Assembly (NCBI RefSeq): GCF_021028975.2
Contig: NC_059432.1
Coordinates: 16,616,001-16,680,000 of the forward strand
DNA: 64,000 bases
Direction of reading: 5' to 3'
Source: Sphaerodactylus townsendi
Taxonomy: Eukaryota
Part shown: positions 24,290 to 37,350 of the stretch, in pieces
Numbering within the stretch: the stretch's first letter is position 1
Layout of the letters: every line of letters starts with the position of its first letter
The notes under the pieces: model-generated
The model's database searches: none
What the model saw: the letters and a program-made list of their open reading frames with translations, nothing else
What the model was told of the DNA's origin: nothing
Program-made: the position numbers and the translations under genes

Positions 24290-24450
24290 CCTTGGCCAAT
24301 CACAGCCTGTGTTGTCTACTCAAGACTGGCAGGGTCCCAGGCAGAGGACTTTTGCATCATGTACCCCCTGATCTTTTTGATTGGAGATGCTGGGAGTTGA
24401 GCCTGGGGCCTTCAGCATGCAAAGCAGACGGTCAACCATTGAGCATTGGA
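24290..24450 (-). mobile_element. Old tRNA-derived SINE with CR1-like tail
   Basis: tRNA-like GGAGATGCTGGGAGTTGAGCCTGGGGCCTTCAGCATGCAAAGCAGA; relatives at about 32815-33005 (+) and 62645-62820 (-). Confidence 0.6.
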
Positions 24451-25379
24451 TTCATTGTCTCCAGCGAGTCTTCATGAAAAGTTACATTTGCAGGCACATG
24501 CTGATGACATCATCAGGATGCCCAAGGCCACAGATATTGAGGATGAAATCCAGATGTTTTCATAGTGAGCGAAAAGAAATCCCTGGAACAAAAATGAGTG
24601 GGTTGTGCTCCTGGTTCCCCTTCATAGGTATTCACACAGTCTCAGCTCCTCATACACGACTGAATGGCAGGACCTAACATCATCTTATCGGCCCCATGAG
24701 AATTTCCCTTTTTGTCACACTTTCTTTGACTGCATATTAAGCAATCAAAGGCGCGTGGAGTCCATTACAACTAGTATTTTAGGACGGGAGGCTTGGACTA
24801 AAAGAACCTACATGTTTCTTTCTTGAATAAAGGCACCTTTACTGTCAAATCTCACTGCTTTATCTGTATTTCAGCTCTTAATAATAGTGTGCGGCTACCA
24901 GGTGTTACTCCAGCAACTTATAAGAACCTTTTTAAACCTCAGGAAACGCAGGCAAAGGCAGCTCTTTGTTTTCTCTCGAAATACAATGAAACTCAAAGGT
25001 TATACTGGGAGTCCCATTACAATCCTTTGTTTTCACTTCTAGCTGCCTGAAAATACTTATTTTACTTGAAAAGCAATAGGAGGAGACTTGACCTCATGTT
25101 GTTTTTAAAACATCTCAGCAGCGTTCTCCTTTCCAGGTTACGTTTTCTTCCCGCCTGCCTAGAACTAATGAAACATAGACCAGATCTGATAATAGTGAGG
25201 CAGCTCGGAGAATATCTTGCAAGTGTGTTGTGTAGCTCTCTTCGCTTGGTCTTGGCTGAACAGACAGTGTGGAAGGGCGCCTTGTGGTTTGGAGCCAGCC
25301 CTAGACTTTTGTATGCCTGAGACGAAACATCTAAAAGTGCAATCTTAAGCAGAGTTACGGGATTCTAAGACTTCTGGTG

Positions 25380-25503
25380 TAGAGTTGCCAGGTCTGGTTC
25401 AGAGGAAGTTCCTTGAAATTTGTGGGTGGTGTCTAAAGTATATGTGTGTGGGGGCGGGGGGGGGGAGCTCATTCCAGACCCAACCTTGAGGTTGGTAACC
25501 CTA
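25380..25503. mobile_element. Small hAT MITE (TAGGGTTGCCA type)
   Basis: Ends TAGAGTTGCCA / TGGTAACCCTA. Confidence 0.55.
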
Positions 25504-25535
25504 CAGTGACATCAGTGGACTCAGACTGTCTAGAC

Positions 25536-26040
25536 CAGTGGTGGTGAACCTATGGCACGGGTGCCAGAGGTGGCACTCAGAGCCTTCTCTGTGGGCACGC
25601 GCGCATAAAGTTCATCATGTGAAGAGCAGAAAATTCCTCCCCCCCCCCCCAGACACACACATCTAGGCTGGCCTGGGCCGCTGGGCGCGACGTGCAGGTA
25701 ACTCTGTTAAATGCTGTTAAAACCCACTGATTTTCATGGGAAGAACTAAAGCGCAATCCTTTACCTGGGAGTAAGCCCAGTTGCTGGCAATGGGGCTTGC
25801 TTTTAAACCCTCCTAGGGTTGTGATTCACCCAATTCAAAGCGTTGCACAGTTGCTTCAAAGCAAAGCCACCGACGACCACCAAGCTTACTCCCGAGTAAT
25901 GCGTGCCTCGGAGCCAACCGTTTTTTCTAAACAAAAACCTCAGTATTCAGGTTAAATTGCCGTGTTGGCACTTTGCGATAAATAAGTGGGTTTTGGGTTG
26001 CAGTTTGGGCACTCGGTCTCGAAAAGGTTCGCCATCACTG
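25536..26040 (+). mobile_element. hAT (Charlie-like) non-autonomous element, about 505 bp
   Basis: TIR CAGTGGTGGTGAACC / GGTTCGCCATCACTG; perfect TSD GTCTAGAC; inverted relative at 38067-38573. Confidence 0.92.
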
Positions 26041-26219
26041 GTCTAGACTCTAGAGGGTTGCTCTGTAAATCACTTTCCCATTGGTCAATCTGCTTTCAAT
26101 GGGCATAGTTGATTTCCTCTGCTTTTGGAGAAGGAGAGTAACTTAAGAATGGCTGTACATATTGGTTTCTCTGCCAATTATGCTCATGTTATCATACGTT
26201 ATAGGTGCAGGTGGATAGG

Positions 26220-27430
26220 AAGATAGAGACATACAGTTGGTCGGGACCCCCAAGTAGTCTAACCCACTGTACAATGTAAGAAATGTACAACTACATCCCC
26301 CTCTGCCTCAACAGTGACCCATGCTCTAGGCAAAATGGTCCCCATTACTCTTATGTATGTACGTGGGACTTTCCAAAGGTTGGAAATGTTTTTACAAGCT
26401 TCATCTGACTCAGCAGAGCAATTTCAGGACATATAAAGAGATGACAGGAGAATGGGAAGGCGGGGGAAGATGTTCTCGAGTGAGTTGCTTCCACATGCTC
26501 ATCTGTAGGATCCAAAAATTTCTGTATATATTTTTCTTTATGGTTATGTGTTGATTATTGACTCATGCTCTATGTCCAGAGGAAGGCAAACAATCTCCAG
26601 GATCCCTAGCCAATCCGGAGGAAAATTCCTTACTGGCATTACCCTGGGTATGAAAGGAAGGGTTACTGCATCCAAGAACTGACTCATCCCCTCCTCTTCT
26701 CCCTCTCATGATCTGCATAAGTTCAGAGACTCAGTATTGCTGAGGGCCATCTAGTCTCTGCTGAAAAGCCTCCAAAGAAGAAGAACCCATCTCCTAAGGG
26801 AGCCTGTTCCATTGAGAAACAATTCTGCCGGGAAGTTCTTAATGTTTAGCCAAACATTAAGAACTTAAGGAACAGCAGTGGTGTAGTGGTTAAGAGCAAG
26901 TGTATTCTAATCTGGAGGAACCGGGCTCAGGGACTTAGGTAAGGGGGGTGGTTCTCGGGTTCAAACCTCTCCCATTGCATGTCCAACTTGCTTGAAACAA
27001 TGCATGGAATGGAACAGCCAGAAAGTGCTCAGTCACCGAACACACCCCATTAAAAATCTATACCTACATCACTGACTGGGTTTGATTCCCCTCTCTGCCA
27101 CCTGAGCTGTGGAGGCTTATCTGGGGAATTCAGATTAACCTTTGTACTCCAGCACACGCCAGCTGGGTGACCTTGGGCTAGTCACAGATCTTCTGAGCTC
27201 TCTCAGCCCCACCTACCTCACAGGGTGTTTGTTATGAGCGGGGAAGGGCAAGGAGATTGTAAGCCCCTTTGAGCCTCCTATAGGAAAGGGGGGATATAAA
27301 TCCAACTCTTCTTCCTCTTCTTCTTCTAAAACCCTTTTGAATTAATTTCAACCCATTCTGGTCCAACCTTCTGGGGCAACAGAAAACAACTTGATATCCT
27401 CTTTATGATAGCCCTTCAAATACATGAAGT
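26220..27430 (-). mobile_element. Old CR1 3' region, fragmented by later insertions
   Basis: CR1-like reverse-strand segments at 26220-26330, 26570-26855 (GCCTGTTCCATTGAGAAAC...AAGTTCTTAATGTTTAGCC) and 27330-27430. Confidence 0.55.
26868..27327 (+). mobile_element. Squam3-like SINE carrying a nested hAT MITE (26928-27074)
   Basis: SINE split at ACCGGGTT; the insert has TIR CAGGGACTTAGGTA / TACCTACATCACTG with flanks ACCGGGCT/ACTGGGTT. Confidence 0.85.
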
Positions 27431-27519
27431 TGGCTTGATGAGAAGGCCCAAGTCCTGCTGGAAGGGACACAGCTGATGAGGAGAGCCTCCATACCTTCCT
27501 AAATGTCTGAAGTTGTCAC

Positions 27520-27800
27520 TAGGTTATGGTGACCCGCTTTTGGCGGGACAGTCCCGCCTTAAAACAATTTGTCCCGCTGTTTTTTTAAACCGTCCCAATT
27601 TTTGGAAGGCTGCCACACTGCCTTCTGGGGCACGCCTCAGAAGGCAGTGCGGCAGCCTCCTGTGCACGCGGCCGCAGGAGCGCACTGCCTTCTGGGGCGC
27701 TCCCGTTTCCCGCCCTGTCACAGGACGGGAAACGAGAGCGCCCCAGAAGGCAGCACGCCCCAGAAGGCCACTCACCCACCCTGCCTGCCCGGGTCCCGGT
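27520..27800. mobile_element. Partial hAT (Blackjack-like) element related to 41197-41599
   Basis: Shares TTTTGGCGGGACAGTCCCGCCTT and GCGCCCCAGAAGGCAG repeats in the opposite orientation. Confidence 0.7.
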
Positions 27801-28851
27801 TTACTTTGAGGCCTAGAGGTGTCTGGGAAGGCCTGGATCCTTATCAGGCTCATTTGGGCCATCAGGATTAAAACATACCCCTCAGATCCCAACTTCCTTT
27901 TCCAGATTTGAGAAGGAGCCTTATCAAAATGGAGTGGAAAAAGACACCGGGCCTCAGCTGTCAGAGCCGACAGTGCAAGCAATGCTCTTCCATTTACCTT
28001 GTTTCACATCTCTCTCTTCCAGGTCTTTGCTTTGGCAAGCCAGACACACACTGTAAAGAAAAAAACACCCATGCCTCAATGTCATACTTTCCCCCCTGCT
28101 TAATAAAGTGATGACAACCATTGCGGTGCCTGAGAGACAAACAAACATACTTTGCTTGGAGGACATGCACTGAAGTAATAGAAATCAGTCCACTCAGGCT
28201 TGAAGCTATTACCTTCATCATCCTCTCATGTCAAGTTCCGAAGAAGGGATTTTCTCCCCACCACTCATAACTTTGTTAGCGGTTATCAGCGATGCATGCT
28301 ATATTGCCTCCTCTCTTCATCACGCTGATCTTGGGCTTTACGGTTTCAAATAAATAAGTGGCGAAATGGCGCCTGACGTTCTATCTACGCTGCAAAGGGT
28401 AGCTTGTATTAGCCGAGTAAATGTTGAAATTATTCTCGTTGCTAAGTGCCCCTTGCCGGTTCCATCCTCCCCGCTGGCGTGAACATGGCAGCCCGCGCCG
28501 AACGCTAGAGCAGTTTTCCGCGCAGGAGGAGGAGGAGGAGCAGAGAGCGGCCTCGTTTGAGGAGTCAGTGAAACTTTGTGTGACGTGTGTGTCCCCATTG
28601 GCGTTTGCCATCAAGTCAGACAAATAATTATGGAGATGTTCAGCAATCCATGTCGTCACTGTAGCTTGAGTTAACGCTGAGCAAAGCCAAATCTGATGGA
28701 TGGAATGGCTGGGAAGTGCCCAGTGGTGTCAAGGACATCTGCTCTTGCTGTTAATATTTTTTTAAATGTTAAATCGGCTGTGTTGTGAGTGCACTGGTGA
28801 ATTCTGTTTCTTTAAAGAAGTGACAACCCCGCCTATTTAAAGAAGTCACAG

Positions 28852-29203
28852 TGTTATTGACAGGCCCTCAGGAACCAAGGGTAGTCCACACACAGGTCTT
28901 AGCAAGTTCAGATGTTTAATGTGCACCGAGCAAACTAGACAAGAAAAGTAACCTGCAAACTGAACCACAGCGTTGCTGCCACAAGCTAACTCAGCTGCAA
29001 CCTCTCTTTTATAGCCAGCCTCCCATTCCCTTATGCAATAACCTCTTGCACCTGGGCTACTCTAGTCTGGCTCCTGCATCTACTGTAGCTCACCCCATAG
29101 CAGCTAACCTGCTGCTTTGTCTCCTTTGGGGGGTGGGGGTGATGGAGCTGTTAGGGTCCCTTCTGGCTGTGTATCAAGGGACTAATAGTAAAGCATCATG
29201 ACA
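28852..29203 (-). mobile_element. Possible solo LTR
   Basis: TGTTAT...ATGACA ends; minus-strand TATAAAA (about 29007) upstream of ATTAAA (about 28915); no TSD found. Confidence 0.3.
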
Positions 29204-29306
29204 AGGGTGAATACTGGCCAGGGGGACCACCTGCTGACCAGGTATCAGGGGTCCTTGAGATCGAGGACTGACATACAACATTCCATAAGCTTGATTTTCT
29301 CTGGGT

Positions 29307-29630
29307 CAGCAGTGGCATAGTGGTTAAGAGCAGTTGTACTACTGTTACCTGGAGGAACCAGGTTTGATTCCCCACTCTGCCACCTGAGCTGTGGAGGCTT
29401 ATCTGGGGACTTCAAATTAGCGTGTGCACTCCCACGCATGCCAGTTGGGTAACCTTGGGCTAATCACAGCTTTTCTGAGCTCTCTCAGCCCCACCTACCT
29501 CACAGGGTGTTTGTTGTGAGGGGGGAGGGCAAGGAGATTGTAAGCCCCTTTGAGTCTCCTGCAGGAGAGAAAGGGGGGATATAAATGCTCCTCCTCCTCC
29601 TCCTCCCCCTCCTCTTCCTCCTCCTCCTCC
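29307..29630 (+). mobile_element. Squam3-like SINE with (CCT)n tail
   Basis: Same body as 8063-8386. Confidence 0.88.
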
Positions 29631-30282
29631 TGTGAAAGCAGTGGAACAGCCAGGGACAGCTGGAGGCTTCTCTGGGCATCCGTAATCTCTCATTTTAACC
29701 CCGTGCTAGACTTAAAATCATAGCAAGTGCCCCCCTACAGCAAAAGAAGACTTCCTGTATTTTCCTAAGTAAATGGTTAAAGGGAATGATTGTAGGTTCC
29801 TGTAAAGGTTTTTTTCCTTCCCTTCTACTCCATGTGAAGTGGTAAATCCTATCTGTGTTTGTATCCTTTAGATATATGAAAGGGACCCCTATAGAAAATC
29901 TTTCCCCCCCCCCCCTGGAGGCTGTGGTTGTTTTCAGCAGCTAGATGTTTGTTTCATCAGAGAACTCCTTGGGTGTGCAATAAAAAATATGCTAATGATT
30001 GATTTGCGGAGGGCATCAGTGTTGCTGTCTTGTTTGATGTGAAGGAGTGGTCAGGGCAGGGTTATTTTTATGAGTGTGGATGGTCCCGAGTGGACGGTTT
30101 GCCTGCTGGGTGAAATCTTAATGGAGTGCTCAGCAAATGAGTTCTGAGCAAACGTGTGCCGTAAACTGCAGTTGGTGATTTTGAATTAGGCGGCGAGGAG
30201 GGAGAAGTTTCCCGGTGGAGTTATCGGGAACAGGGAGGTGAGGATTGCTATCTGGAAATGTGATTTAGGCTGTATGATTTAG

Positions 30283-30542
30283 AAAAAGAAAAAGAGTTGG
30301 TTTTTATGCCCCGCATTTCTCTACCTTAAGGAGTCTCAAAGCAGCTTACAATCACCTTCCTTTCCCCTCCCCCTGCCCACCTACAGCAGGCACCTTTTGA
30401 GGGAGGTGGGACTGAGAGAGTTCTGAGAGAACTGACTGATCCAAGGTCACCCAGCAGGCTTCATGCGTAGGAGTGTGACAACAAACCTAGTTTTCTGTGT
30501 TAAGAGTCCACTGCTCTTAACCACCACACCATGCTGGCTCTC
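30283..30542 (-). mobile_element. Older tRNA-CORE SINE
   Basis: CCAAGGTCACCCAGC...GCTCTTAACCACCACACCATGCTGGCTCTC. Confidence 0.75.
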
Positions 30543-31010
30543 AGGCTGACAGTAGGTACCATTGACTTAGCTGGCAAAAAAGCAAACCCTCGCAAGACAC
30601 CTGATCACCCCAGGTTCCAAAAGAAATTAAGCCCTGTAGTAAGGCCCTCTAAACCTCTTGCTGTTATTATGGGAAATAATAACAGATTTGTGCTATAGAG
30701 GCATTGGTGTAGTTTCTGTGTGATCTGCGAACATGTATAAAGGGGGATCTCATGAGGCAGGTTCCTTCTTCTGCCTGTGTTGCCCTTGTTCCAGGGAGGA
30801 ACTGTGTAATTCGTCTCATATATGTGATTCCTCCTTCTGCAAATTACCACAGCAGAATGAGGCTAGATTCACAGGAGCGGACTAAACTTTTCCTGTGTCT
30901 GTCTGAAGTTTGGTGCTGGGAGGTATTTATTTATTTGTTTGTTTGTTTGTTTGTTTGTTTACTGTAGTTAGTTCATTTATATTCCACCTTTATCCCCAGT
31001 GGGGGCCCAA

Positions 31011-31310
31011 AGAAGAAGAAGAAGAAGAGTTTGGATTTATATCCCCCCTTTCTCTCTTGCAGGAGACTCAAAGGGGCTTACAATCTCCTTACCCTTCCCC
31101 CCTCACAACAAACACCCTGTGAGGTAGGTGAGGCTAAGAGAGCTCCGAGAAGCTGTGACTAGCCCAAGGTCACCCAGCTGGCATGTGTGGGAGTGTACAG
31201 GCTAATCTGAATTCCCCAGATAAGCCTCCACAGCTCAGGCGGCCGAGCTGGGAATCAAACCCAGTTCCTCCAGATTAGATACACGAGCTCTTAACCTCCT
31301 ACGGCACTGC
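31011..31310 (-). mobile_element. Young Squam3-like SINE inserted in an older MIR-like SINE (about 30975-31480)
   Basis: (GAA)n tail and reverse-complement body; the host resumes at AGCTTACATT...CCAAGGTCACTCAGCAAG. Confidence 0.88.
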
Positions 31311-31772
31311 AGCTTACATTGTTTTCTTTTCCTACATTTTATCCTCACCAGAACCTTGTGAGGAAGGCTAGGCTGATACGTGACCGGGCCAAGGTCACTC
31401 AGCAAGCTTTCATGGCAGAGTTGAGATTTGAACTTGAGTTTCCCAGATCTTAGTCCAACACTTTAACCACATTGGCACTCTCTCTTCAGTTAAACGGGAA
31501 GAGCATTCAATTATGTGCCCCCCCACCCCACTTCATTCAGAAGCGACTCTAAGGTAGTTCTGGACTCAAATATAACTGTTCTACAAAAAGAAATGAAAAA
31601 GGGGAAACCCTCTTTTAAAAGAGAATGAGAGGAATCAATGGCTATTTCTAAAAGAACGAATTAAGGGAAAAGAAATTCCACTCCCCATAACAACACTAGC
31701 ATGAGATCATTGCATCAACCGACCTGGCACATTCCTAGGAGTTAAACAACAACAACACAAACGCTCTACACA

Positions 31773-32430
31773 AATGGCTAGTAACAACACCTTAACTTTC
31801 AAACAAAATAAGATAACATTTCTTATGAAATGGTATTATTGTTCTAATCATCAAATCAATATCTTCATTAATAACTCAGATATCAACATTCCAATAACAA
31901 TCATTCAGCAACCACCAACACACAAAAGCTCAGATTCTCCATTTCAGGTTGTTGTCAGTCCAGAAGTATTAAGTATTACCACTAAATAACAAAGCCGACC
32001 TAGCTCAGAAAATGGCACAAAAATTTTTTTTCAGAAATAAGTGGCTAGTGCCACACTTTCAGGCTGATCTACCACTGGTATGGTTCGATCTCCTGTAATC
32101 TTCTCATTGGGCCGGTTGCACATATTGTATTTCAAGTGCTAATACAGCATTCTCTATTCCAGGGTCTCCCCTGTCTCTGATTATTTTCTGGCTCCCTAAG
32201 ACAGCATCTGGCTGCAATTCTCCCACGCCCAGCTATTGTCTTCAAAAGAGAATCTGAACTTCTCTGTGTTGATACTTGCTGAATTATTGTTACTGGAATG
32301 TTGACATTAGAGTTATTATGGAAGATACTGATTTGATGATGAGAACAATAAGATAGTTTCCTAAGAAAAGACACAAAGGCAATTTGAAAAAATATTTTAT
32401 TTGAAAGTCACAGAATTGTTACTAGCCATT
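31773..32430. repeat. Old long inverted repeat (arms 31773-31939 and 32248-32430)
   Basis: Outer 15 bp perfect (AATGGCTAGTAACAA / TTGTTACTAGCCATT); arms align with mismatches through to CAGATTCTC / GAGAATCTG. Confidence 0.8.
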
Positions 32431-33944
32431 GGTGCAGTGTGTATGTGTTTGTGTGCCTACCCCCACTCATGGAGACTCACATTCCAAAGAGTGTAGCATC
32501 AGTTTCCAAAGTTGCTAAAAAGCACTATGAGTGGTGGTGTTTTTTATTCTTGCTGTTTGTTTCCTAAAAGAACCTGGAGCTGCCCTCAGTGTATTTCTAG
32601 TCCTGATCTGTAAGAGAGATGTCCGTGGTTCAGTGTTCAGCAGTTGCTTTGCAGTTCCAACCCAGCGGTCCCCAGTTAAAGGGTCTCAGGCAACAGCTGT
32701 TAGGAAAGAATCTTCTCTGTCAGAGAGCCCGGACAGCTGCTGCTGGCCAGAGTAGGCAGTGTTGAGACAAGTGGATTCTTTGAGAGTAAGGGTGTAATTT
32801 ATGGGGATATCATTGGGGTTGGGGTCAGGCACTCTGTTTTGCATGCAGAAGTTTTCATGCTTCATCCTTGGTATCTCCAGTTAAAAGGATTTTAGGGTGA
32901 CACTGCTGGCATCTGAGACTCAGGAGATCCGTTGCAAGCCAGGGTTGACAGAAGTGAGCTGGATGGACCCTGGGTTCTAACTCAGTAGCAGGCAGCTTCA
33001 TATGTCCACTGCCTTTTTAAGTTCCGGCATTATTGTATTCAAATTGTACGGTGAACAAATGTCCCTTGTACATTGTATCAATCCATCTATTTTAAGCTAT
33101 GGGAATTGTGCTGAAACAGGCTTTGGTACAAACGTCTCGAGAAACTACATTGCAGCTGCTGGCTTTGATATCTGATGAAGATGACAAGATTTGAATTAGT
33201 TGCATTCCCTACTCACAGAAGTAAAATTTGACCCTGCTTTGAGGCTCAGTAGACTGCACTCCGTTCCCTTCAATTTGGCTCATTCACTGGCTTTGTGTTT
33301 TGCAGTCACAGTGTGAAAAAAGGTCTTTTATCAAGGAAATAGGCTCTTAAAAGATGGAGCATGAAAGGAACAGTCACCGAGAACGTGCTCTGTAAATTCT
33401 GAATTACAGCCATGGAGGATGAAAGAAATGTCGAAAATGTAATACAATTGGACTTTTTACATCTGTTTCTGCCTCTCGTAAAATCTTCTGGCCTGATGAA
33501 TGTATTTCAATTGAGTCTGATGGAGACAGCTTCCCGTGTACAAGAAACCTAACTATGCACCTATAAACCAAGCTGCTGGCAAATAGATATGATTAGAAAT
33601 CAGGGCAATGCTGAGAAGTGAAGTGTTGCTAGACCTGGGCTGGTATCAAGCATCTCTGTTAATGATCTGGAAAATGAACTGATTGCAATGCTGTGCTATG
33701 CTTAATGTGTAAGCAACGCCAACACAAATGGAAATAAAGGTGCCGGCACAAATGCATACCTGAGCCCTTCTTGAGATGAGGTTGTGCATTACAATCTGCA
33801 GCCACCTGCACTTCCTTACCCAACTATTTCCACGTAGGTGGCAACTAACAGTAAATTGGGGTGACAGTCTGTAGAGTATGTCTATTATGATGGGGAGATA
33901 GCCAAGAGAGGCTGGTGTGCAGGGAAACTTCTTTGCATATGCAA

Positions 33945-34122
33945 TTGCTGTCAAGTCGCAACCAACTTGCTGGTGACTCCAGCAAGAGGCTTTCAAGGCA
34001 AATGAGAAGAAGAGGTGGTTTGCCACTGCCTTCCTCTGCAGTCTTCCTTGGAGGTCTCTCTTCCAAGTACCAATCACTTTTAGCTTCCAAGATCTGATGA
34101 GATCAGGCTGCACCGTGCCGCC
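33945..34122 (-). mobile_element. 5S rRNA-derived SINE (5S-Sauria-like)
   Basis: Minus strand GCCTGATCTCATCAGATCTTGGAAGCTAA...GTACTTGGAAGAGAGACC matches the 5S rRNA internal control region, followed by a GAAGGCAGTGGCAAACCAC body and an RTE-like tail. Confidence 0.75.
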
Positions 34123-34405
34123 TTTGCTTCCGGTAGAGGGAAATCTCTAAGTGAGAGCAACGAGTTTTGGGCAGAATATTGATCTTGTGTTTACAATAAG
34201 ACAGGCAGCTCTGTCATATGGTTTAGGGAAGCAAAATGGATGCTGCTGTCCTGGGTCTGGCATGGTTCAAGGGCTGTACTGCTGCAAGCCCCCCTACACA
34301 ATAAAAGTGGAAGGTAGGATTGTGCCATTGGAAGGATGGGCAGTGATTTGGCAGTGCTGATTACATTCAAATGAGTGAACGATTTTCATTTTGATATGCT
34401 GTGTG

Positions 34406-34801
34406 CAGAGGTGGGATCCAGCAGGTTCTCACAGGTTCCCGAGAGTAGGTTGCTAATTATTTGTGTGTGCCGAGAGGGGGTTACTAATTGGTGATTTTGC
34501 CACGTGATTTTTGCCTTAGTTACGCCCCTCCTCCACTCCTCAGCAGTAGCGCGCAGAACTTGAAGCAGTCTAGCAGGAGGTGCACCGGTGTGCATGGCAG
34601 CCTGCACCTGTGTGCATTCGTTTCCCACCCAAGGACCAGTGCAGTGGCTGCGTCCTTGCCACAGCCCGCCCAGCAATTCCCCACCCCCAGAATGCCCAGC
34701 CACGCCCTGTCGTGCCACGCCCAGCCCCATTGGCGCTACGCCACTGTTTGAATCCCACCACCATGGGAACCTGTTACTAAAACTTTTGGATCCCACCACT
34801 G
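34406..34801 (-). mobile_element. hAT non-autonomous element (same family as 20519-20892)
   Basis: Reverse complement of 20519-20892; perfect TSD GCTGTGTG. Confidence 0.9.
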
Positions 34802-36087
34802 GCTGTGTGGCTCATGGTCAGAAGTCAGAGCTACGTGAGTGCACGTGACCCTGATCAAGTGGCACAAACATGATGCCGGTGACAGTGAAGACTTATCTTG
34901 CCGAATAAGATGGGAGCTCAAAATGTGGGTCTTTTCTTTGTTTGCCGCAGAAGAAGAGGAAATGTAGACTGTGAAGGCTTAACTCCCCTCTTCTTCTAGA
35001 CAGGGAAGTGCCCCCCCTTCCTCACCACCACTCTGGCCTGTAGGAGAAGTACCACTTGAAAACTGCAGAGTTTCCAAGCAGGAATATTAACCATCAACTG
35101 CTGCTTCCCCACCTCTTTATACATCCCTTTGAAGGGGAACCCATATTTTGTTCTTGTGTATCCACATACGTTTAAGTGCTGCTGTTAAAAGCTCAGTGGA
35201 GATCAAAACATACTTTTCATGCTTGGCTCCATAACAAATTTGGTAGAAATGGCCATCTTATAATATGCACAACAGATGTATAGGTATAGAGCAAGAGTGT
35301 GAAAGGGAAGACTTGGCAATTAGACCCTCCTGGGCCAGCGCTAATTATTTAACTGCTAAGTTACCCACCCAGAGGTGACAGAGATGCATGAAGGGAGTGA
35401 TAGTGTTGGCTAGGGGGGTTTGTCAGAAGCTAATTTGAAGAATGGTTGGGAGCATGGCCCACCCACCACCTCCTACTCCCTTCCCTAAAGTGGCCTTTTG
35501 GTAAAACTAGCCGGTGACATTTGTCAGTTGCCCATGGTGGTTATGTTGGGAAGACAACTATGACGATCACATTCTACCACTACATTCCTTACGTGGTGCA
35601 GTTATTAAGCAGTTCTGGGAAAACGTGAGTTGGTAGCCAAGCAAAAAGAATAGATGTGATCCAGTTATTTAAGATACAATTAGCGATGCATGTCAGTCTT
35701 TCAAATAATTTTCTCCCTTGATCAGAATAAATGCATCTGGGGATTAGCGCTCTTTCTACAAGAGATGTTTGACAAAGTGAATATGAATAAAATGCATAAT
35801 ATTAAATCTTCCACTGACGGTGTACACATAATCAAATCAAAGAAAATGGCAAGGACACTGTATATTACTTCTGTACTTTATCTACATTTGAACCCCCACG
35901 TACTGTATCCTAATCAGTTTATGCAAAGTTGTCTAGAAAGAGGACTAAATGCTAGGAATGCTTGAGAACACATTGGTGCTGTCCAGGGTGCTAGTGAAAT
36001 GGATCACTATCAGAGGCCCACTAAGTTGAATAGACACCATCAAGAGGGCTGTCCAAGCAGTTTTGCTCTAGACAAGTTGCTATAGAG

Positions 36088-36222
36088 CACAGGTGTCAAA
36101 CTCGCAGCCCTCCAGATATTATGGACTACAGTTCCCATCATCCCCTGCCAGCATTATGCTGGCAGGGGATGATGGGACCTGTAGTCCATAACATCTGGAG
36201 GGCTGCGAGTTTGACACCTATG
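36088..36222. mobile_element. Palindromic hAT MITE
   Basis: TIR CACAGGTGTCAAACTCGCAGCCC; flanks CTATAGAG/CTCTAGAT. Confidence 0.8.
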
Positions 36223-37159
36223 CTCTAGATGAATGCTTCACCAACAGTGGTTGTGCCTGAACTGAAGATTCTTAAGGTGGGCTTGGCTTCTTCACTATCC
36301 TATTAACCTCACTGGGGCCAGGAAACAGCCTAGATATAGTACTTTGTCCTTCCATCTTATGAAAGGCTGACATCATCATTTGTGGAATGTCCAGGATGAC
36401 TGGGGATTCTAGAGGTGGACAGGTCCAGACAAGGGGCTTCTGAACCTCTTATTGTGGCTTATGGGCTACTTCTTCCTGGGGAAAAGCTCTGGGTTTCCTT
36501 TGGGGGCATTCTCTTAGTCATTGGGTATGGCGGGATCTTCAGGAGAATCCTCTTACTCTAAGGAGTTCAGGATTAGGTTTCTTCCTAGGGCTGAGCATGG
36601 ACAAGTCCTTAATAATGCACACTTAGACACTCCACTAATTTTGCTTCCCTTAAGCTAAATCTGGTTACTATTGTTCTTTTCTTGTCTTCCACAATTTATA
36701 AAACATGGTTATAAGTAGTAATCTTTGTGACCTTTTCTGATGAGTAAAAGTTGCCTACATATTACTAAATCTGGAAGTTTGGTATCTGGCAGAATGTTCT
36801 TCCCACATTTAGTTTCTCAATCTGTGAGAGTTGACATCGATATGTGTGACTGAGGGGGTACGTTTGCCACGACCCCATAACTATATTGCATGTTGTCCTG
36901 GGGCTATATGGTCTGTGGCTTGGAGTATTTATATGAAATGAGGTCTCGAGTTCAGCTGCATCATCTCCAGATAAATAGAATCAGGGCTAAAAAATGACCT
37001 TGGAGAACTGTTAATAGTCAGAGAGGACAACTGCTCGTTGTTCCAAATGAATAAATAAACTCTTAAGTTCTTTTAGAGCACTGGAAGACTGGCTTTCATC
37101 TATAGAAAGATAAACAAATTGTCTGTGCATTATATAATGTGTAACAAAAGATAGTGAAC

Positions 37160-37350
37160 CAGGCAGTACAGTATGGGTGACCCAAGTTTAAATCCCAACT
37201 CTGCTATGGAAACTCACTTGGTGACCTTGGGCTTGTAACTTTTAGCCTATCCTACCTTACAGGATTGTTGCTGTGAAAATCTAATGGAGGAAATGAAGTT
37301 GTATGTTGCTGTAGGTCCCCCACTGAGGAGAAAAGTGAGGTATACATTTC
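37160..37350 (+). mobile_element. Old MIR/CORE SINE
   Basis: GGTGACCTTGGGC...CCTACCTTACAGGATTGTTG. Confidence 0.6.

Noticed and set aside
34040-34115. 5S rRNA-like sequence
   Set aside because: Partial, diverged and fused to a SINE body; not a 5S gene
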